Assembly: GCA_030390025.1 (NCBI GenBank)
Contig: CM059436.1
Location: forward strand, 41,850,001-41,914,000
DNA length: 64,000 bases
Reading direction: 5' to 3'
Source of the DNA: Squalus acanthias
Taxonomy: Eukaryota
The notes beneath the pieces were generated by a model. It worked only from the letters and a program-made list of their open reading frames with translations. It was not told the DNA's origin and did not search any database. This document shows positions 60,029 through 64,000 of this stretch, piece by piece; the first letter of the stretch is position 1, and each line of letters starts with the position of its first letter. The translations under genes and the position numbers were made by a program.

Positions 60029-63000
60029 TAAGAACATAAGAAATAGGAGCAGGAGTAGGCCATTCGGCCCTTTGAGTCTGCTCCGCCATTCAATAAGATC
60101 ATGACTGATCTTCTATCTCATCTCCACTTTCCTGAACTATCCCCATATCCCTTGATTCCCTTAATAGTCAAAAATCTATCGATCTCTGTCTTGAATATAC
60201 TAAACGACTGAGCCTCCACAGCCCTCTGGGGTAGAGAATTCCAAAGATTCACCACCCTCTGAGTGAAGAAATTTCTCCTCATCTCAGTCCTAAATGGTCG
60301 ACCCCTTATTCTGAGACTGTGACCCCTGGTTCGAGACTCCCCAGCCAGGGGAAACATCCTCCCTGCATCTACCCTGTCAAGCCCTGTAAGAATTTTGTAT
60401 GTTTCAATGAGATCACCTCTCATTCTTCTAAACTCTAGAGAATATAGGCCTAGTCTACTCAATCTGTCCTCATAGGACAATCCCCCCCCCATCCCAGGAA
60501 CCAGTCTGGTAAACCTTCGTTGCACTCCCTCTATGGCAAATATATCCTTCCTTAGGTAAGGAGACCAAAACTGTACACAATACTCCAGGTGTGGTCTCAC
60601 CAGGGCCCTATATAATTGCAGTAAGACATCTTTACTCTTATACTCAAATCCTCTTGTAATAAAGGCCGACATACCATTTGCTTTCCTAATTGCTTGCTGT
60701 ACCTGCATGCTAACTTTCAGTGATTCATGTACAAGGACACCCAGGTCCCTCTGAACACCAACATTTCCCCACTATCACAGAAGCCAGTCTTCAGCCAATT
60801 CAATTCACTCCACGTGATATCAAGAAACGGCTGAGCGCACTGGATACAGCAAAGGCTATGGGCCCCAACAACATCCGGCTATGTGTTCCAGAACTAGCCA
60901 TGCCTCTAGCCAAGCTGTTCCAGTACAGCTACAACACTGGCATCTATCCGACAATGTGAAAACTGCCCAGGTATGTCCTGTCCACAAAAAGCAGACAAAG
61001 CCAATCCGGCCAATTACCGCCCCATCAGTCCACTCTCAATCATCAGCAAAGTGATGGAAGGTGTCATCGACAGTGCTATCAAGCAGCACTTACTCACCAA
61101 TAACCTGCTCACTGATTTCCAGTTTGGGGTCCGCCCAAATCACTCAGCTCCTGACCTCATTACAACCTTCATCCAAACATGGACAAAGGAGCTGAATTCC
61201 AGAGGTGAGGTGAGAGTGACTACCCTAGACATCAAGGCAGCATCAAGGAGCCCGAGTAAAACTGAAGTCAATGGGAATCGGGGGGAAAACTCTCCACTGG
61301 CTGGAGTCATACCTAGCACAAAGGAAGATGGTTGTAGTGGTTGATGGTCAATCATCACAGCCCCAGGACATCGCTGCAGGAGTTCCTCAGGGCAGTGTCC
61401 TAGGCCCAACCATCTTCAGCTGCTTCATCAATGACCTTCCCTCTAACATAAGGTGAGAAATGGGGATGTTCGCTGATGACTGTACAGTGTTCAGTGCCAT
61501 TTACAACTCCTCAGATAATGAAGCAGTCCATGCCCGCATGCAACAAAACCTGGACAACGTTCAGGCTTGGGCTGATAAGTGGCAGGTAACATTTGCGCCA
61601 CAGAAGTGCCAGGCAATGACTATCTCCAACAAGCGAGAGTCTAACCACCGCCCCTTGACATTCAACAGCATTACCATCACCGAATCCCCCACCATCAACA
61701 TCCTGGGGGGTCACCATTGACCAGAAACTTAACTGGACCAGCCACATAAATACTGTGGCAACAAGAGCAGGTCAGAGGCTAGGTATTCTGCGGCGAGTGT
61801 CTCACCTCCTGACTCCCCAAAGCCTTTCCACCATCTACAAGGCACAAGTCAGGAGTGTGATGGAATACTCGCCACTTGCCTGGATGAGTGCAGCTCCAAC
61901 AACACTCAAGAAGCTCAATACCATCCAGGACAAAGCAGCCCGCTTGATTTGCACCCTATCCACCACCTTAAACATTCACTCCCTCCACCACCGGCGTACC
62001 GTGGCTGCAGTGTGTATCATCTACAAGATGCACTGCAGCAACTCGCCAAGGCTTCTTCGGCAGCACCTCCCAAACTCGCGACCTCTTCCACCTAGAAGGA
62101 CAAGGGCAGCAGGCGCATGGGAACACCACCACCTCCAAGTTCCCCTCCAAGTCACACACCATCCTGACTTGGAAATATATCACCGATCCTTCATCGTCGC
62201 TGGGTTATAATCCTGGAACTCCCTACCTAACAGCACTGTGGGAGTACCTTCTCCACACGGACTGCAGCGGTTCAAGAAGGTGGCTCACCACCACCTCTCA
62301 AAGGCAATTAGGAATGGGCAATAAATGCTGGCCTTGCCAGTGACGCCCACATCCCATAAACGAATAATAAAAAAAAAATCTCTCACCATTTAAAAAATAC
62401 TCTGCTTTTCTATTTTTCCTACCAAAGTGGATAACTTCACATTTCTCCACATTATATTCCATTTGCCATGTTCTTGCCCACTCACTTAGCCTGTCTATAT
62501 CCCCTTGAAGCCTCCTTGCATCCTCCTCACAACTTACATTCCCACCCAGCTTTGTATCATCAGCAAACTTGGATATATTACATTTGGTCCCCTCAACCAA
62601 ATCATTGATTTAGATTGTGAATAGCTGAGGCCCAAGCACTGACCCTTGTGGTACCCCACTAGTTACAGCCTGCCAACCCGAAAATGACCTGTTTATTCCT
62701 ACTCTGTTTTCTGTCCCTTAACCAATCCTCAATCCATGCTAGTATATTACCCCCAATCCCATGAGCCCTCATTTTGTTTAATAACCTCTTGTGTGGCACC
62801 TTATCGAATGCCTTCTGAAAATCCAAATACATCACATCCACTGGTTCCCCCTTATCTATTCTGCTAGTTACAACCTCAAAAAACTCCAACAGATTTGTCA
62901 AACATGATTTCCCTTTCATAAATCCATGTTGACGACCCAATCCTATTATTATTTTCTAAGTGCCCTGTTCCGACGTCCTTAATAATAGATTCTAGCAATT

Positions 63001-64000
63001 TCCCTACTACTGATGTCAGGCTAACTGGTCTGTAGTTCCCTGTTTTCTCTTTCCCTCCTTTCTTAAATAGTGGGGTTACATTTGCTACCTTCCAATTGGC
63101 AGGAACCATTCTGGAATCTATTGAATTTTGGAAAATGACAACCAATGCATCCACTATCTCTATAGCCAACTCTTTCAAAACCCTAGGATGTAGGCCATCA
63201 GGTCCAGGGGATTTATCGGCTTTCCGTCCCATTAATTTCTCCAGTACTACATTTTTACTAATACTAATACTAGATCCTTGGTTGTCCACTATTTCCGTGA
63301 AGTTTTTTGTATCTTCTTCTGTGAAGACAGACACAAAGTATTTGTTTAATTTCTCTGCCATTTCCTTATTTCCCATTATAATTTCTCCTGTGTCAGCCTG
63401 TAAGGGACCCACATTTACTTTTGGTAATCTTTTCCCTTTTACATACCAAGAGAAGCTTTTACAGTCTGTTTTTATGTCTCTTGCTAGTTTACTCTCATAT
63501 TCTATTTTCCCTTTCTTGATCAATTTCTTGGTCCTCCTTTGCTGAATTCTAAAAACCTCCCAATCCTCAGACTTACTACTCTTTTTGGCAGCATTATAAG
63601 CCTCTTCCTTTTATCTAATACTATCTTTAAGTTCTCTTGTTAGCCACGGTTGGATCACTTTTCCTGTGGGATTTTGTGCCTTAAAGGAATGTATATTTGT
63701 TGTAAATTATGTATTAATTCTTTAAATGCTAGCCATTGCTCGCTCACTGTCATACCTTTTAATGTAGTTTCCCAAACAACCTTAGCCAACTCGCCCCTCA
63801 TAACTACGTAGTTTGCTTTGTTTAGATTTAAAACCCTAGTTTTGGATTTAACTAAGTCACTTTCAAAAATATTATGGTCACTCTTCCCTAAAGGCCCCTT
63901 TACCACAAGGTTATTAATTAACCCTTTCTCGTTGCACAATACTAGATTTAAAATAACCTGTTCCCTAGTTGGTTCCTCAACATGCTGATCTAGAAAACTA
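60029..64000 (-). mobile_element. CR1 LINE ORF2 (RT) pseudogene, interrupted by another LINE; continues beyond the window
   Basis: Frames with NYRPVSLTSVVGK, QHGFMKGKSCLTNL, YLDFQKAFDKVPH, KFADDTKL, RPHLEYCVQFWSP; frameshifts present; 3' tail at 60029. Confidence 0.95.
60770..62376 (+). mobile_element. CR1-group LINE family B, 5'-truncated, nested antisense in CR1
   Basis: NYRPISPLS, GVPQGSVLGP, MFADD and YKAQVRSVMEY motifs; A-rich tail. Host CR1 joins across it as ...AACATTTCCC|AATCTCTCACC. Confidence 0.93.

Overview
Eukaryotic (vertebrate) genomic DNA, most likely from a cartilaginous fish, judging by the repeat families and the protein sequence. The only host gene is PROX1 (prospero homeobox 1) on the minus strand. 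It comprises a CpG-rich promoter and probable non-coding exon 1 at about 23.3-23.7 kb, the large coding exon 2 (16316-18095, ATG at 18028) and coding exon 3 (3960-4067). The remaining homeo-prospero exons are not seen and should lie left of the window. Intron 2 (4068-16315, 12.2 kb) is a minor-spliceosome (U12) AT-AC intron, with competing U2-type and U12-like sites next to both ends. The rest is intron and about 40 kb of upstream gene desert. It holds decayed CR1 and L2 LINEs, tRNA-derived SINEs, PIF/Harbinger-type and hAT DNA elements, several nested insertions, and a young, perfectly palindromic Penelope-type insertion with a minimal hammerhead ribozyme motif on each strand. Almost all other ORFs in the track are spurious or transposon fragments. 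Repeat boundaries are approximate unless a TIR or TSD is quoted, and family names come from recall, not from a database search.
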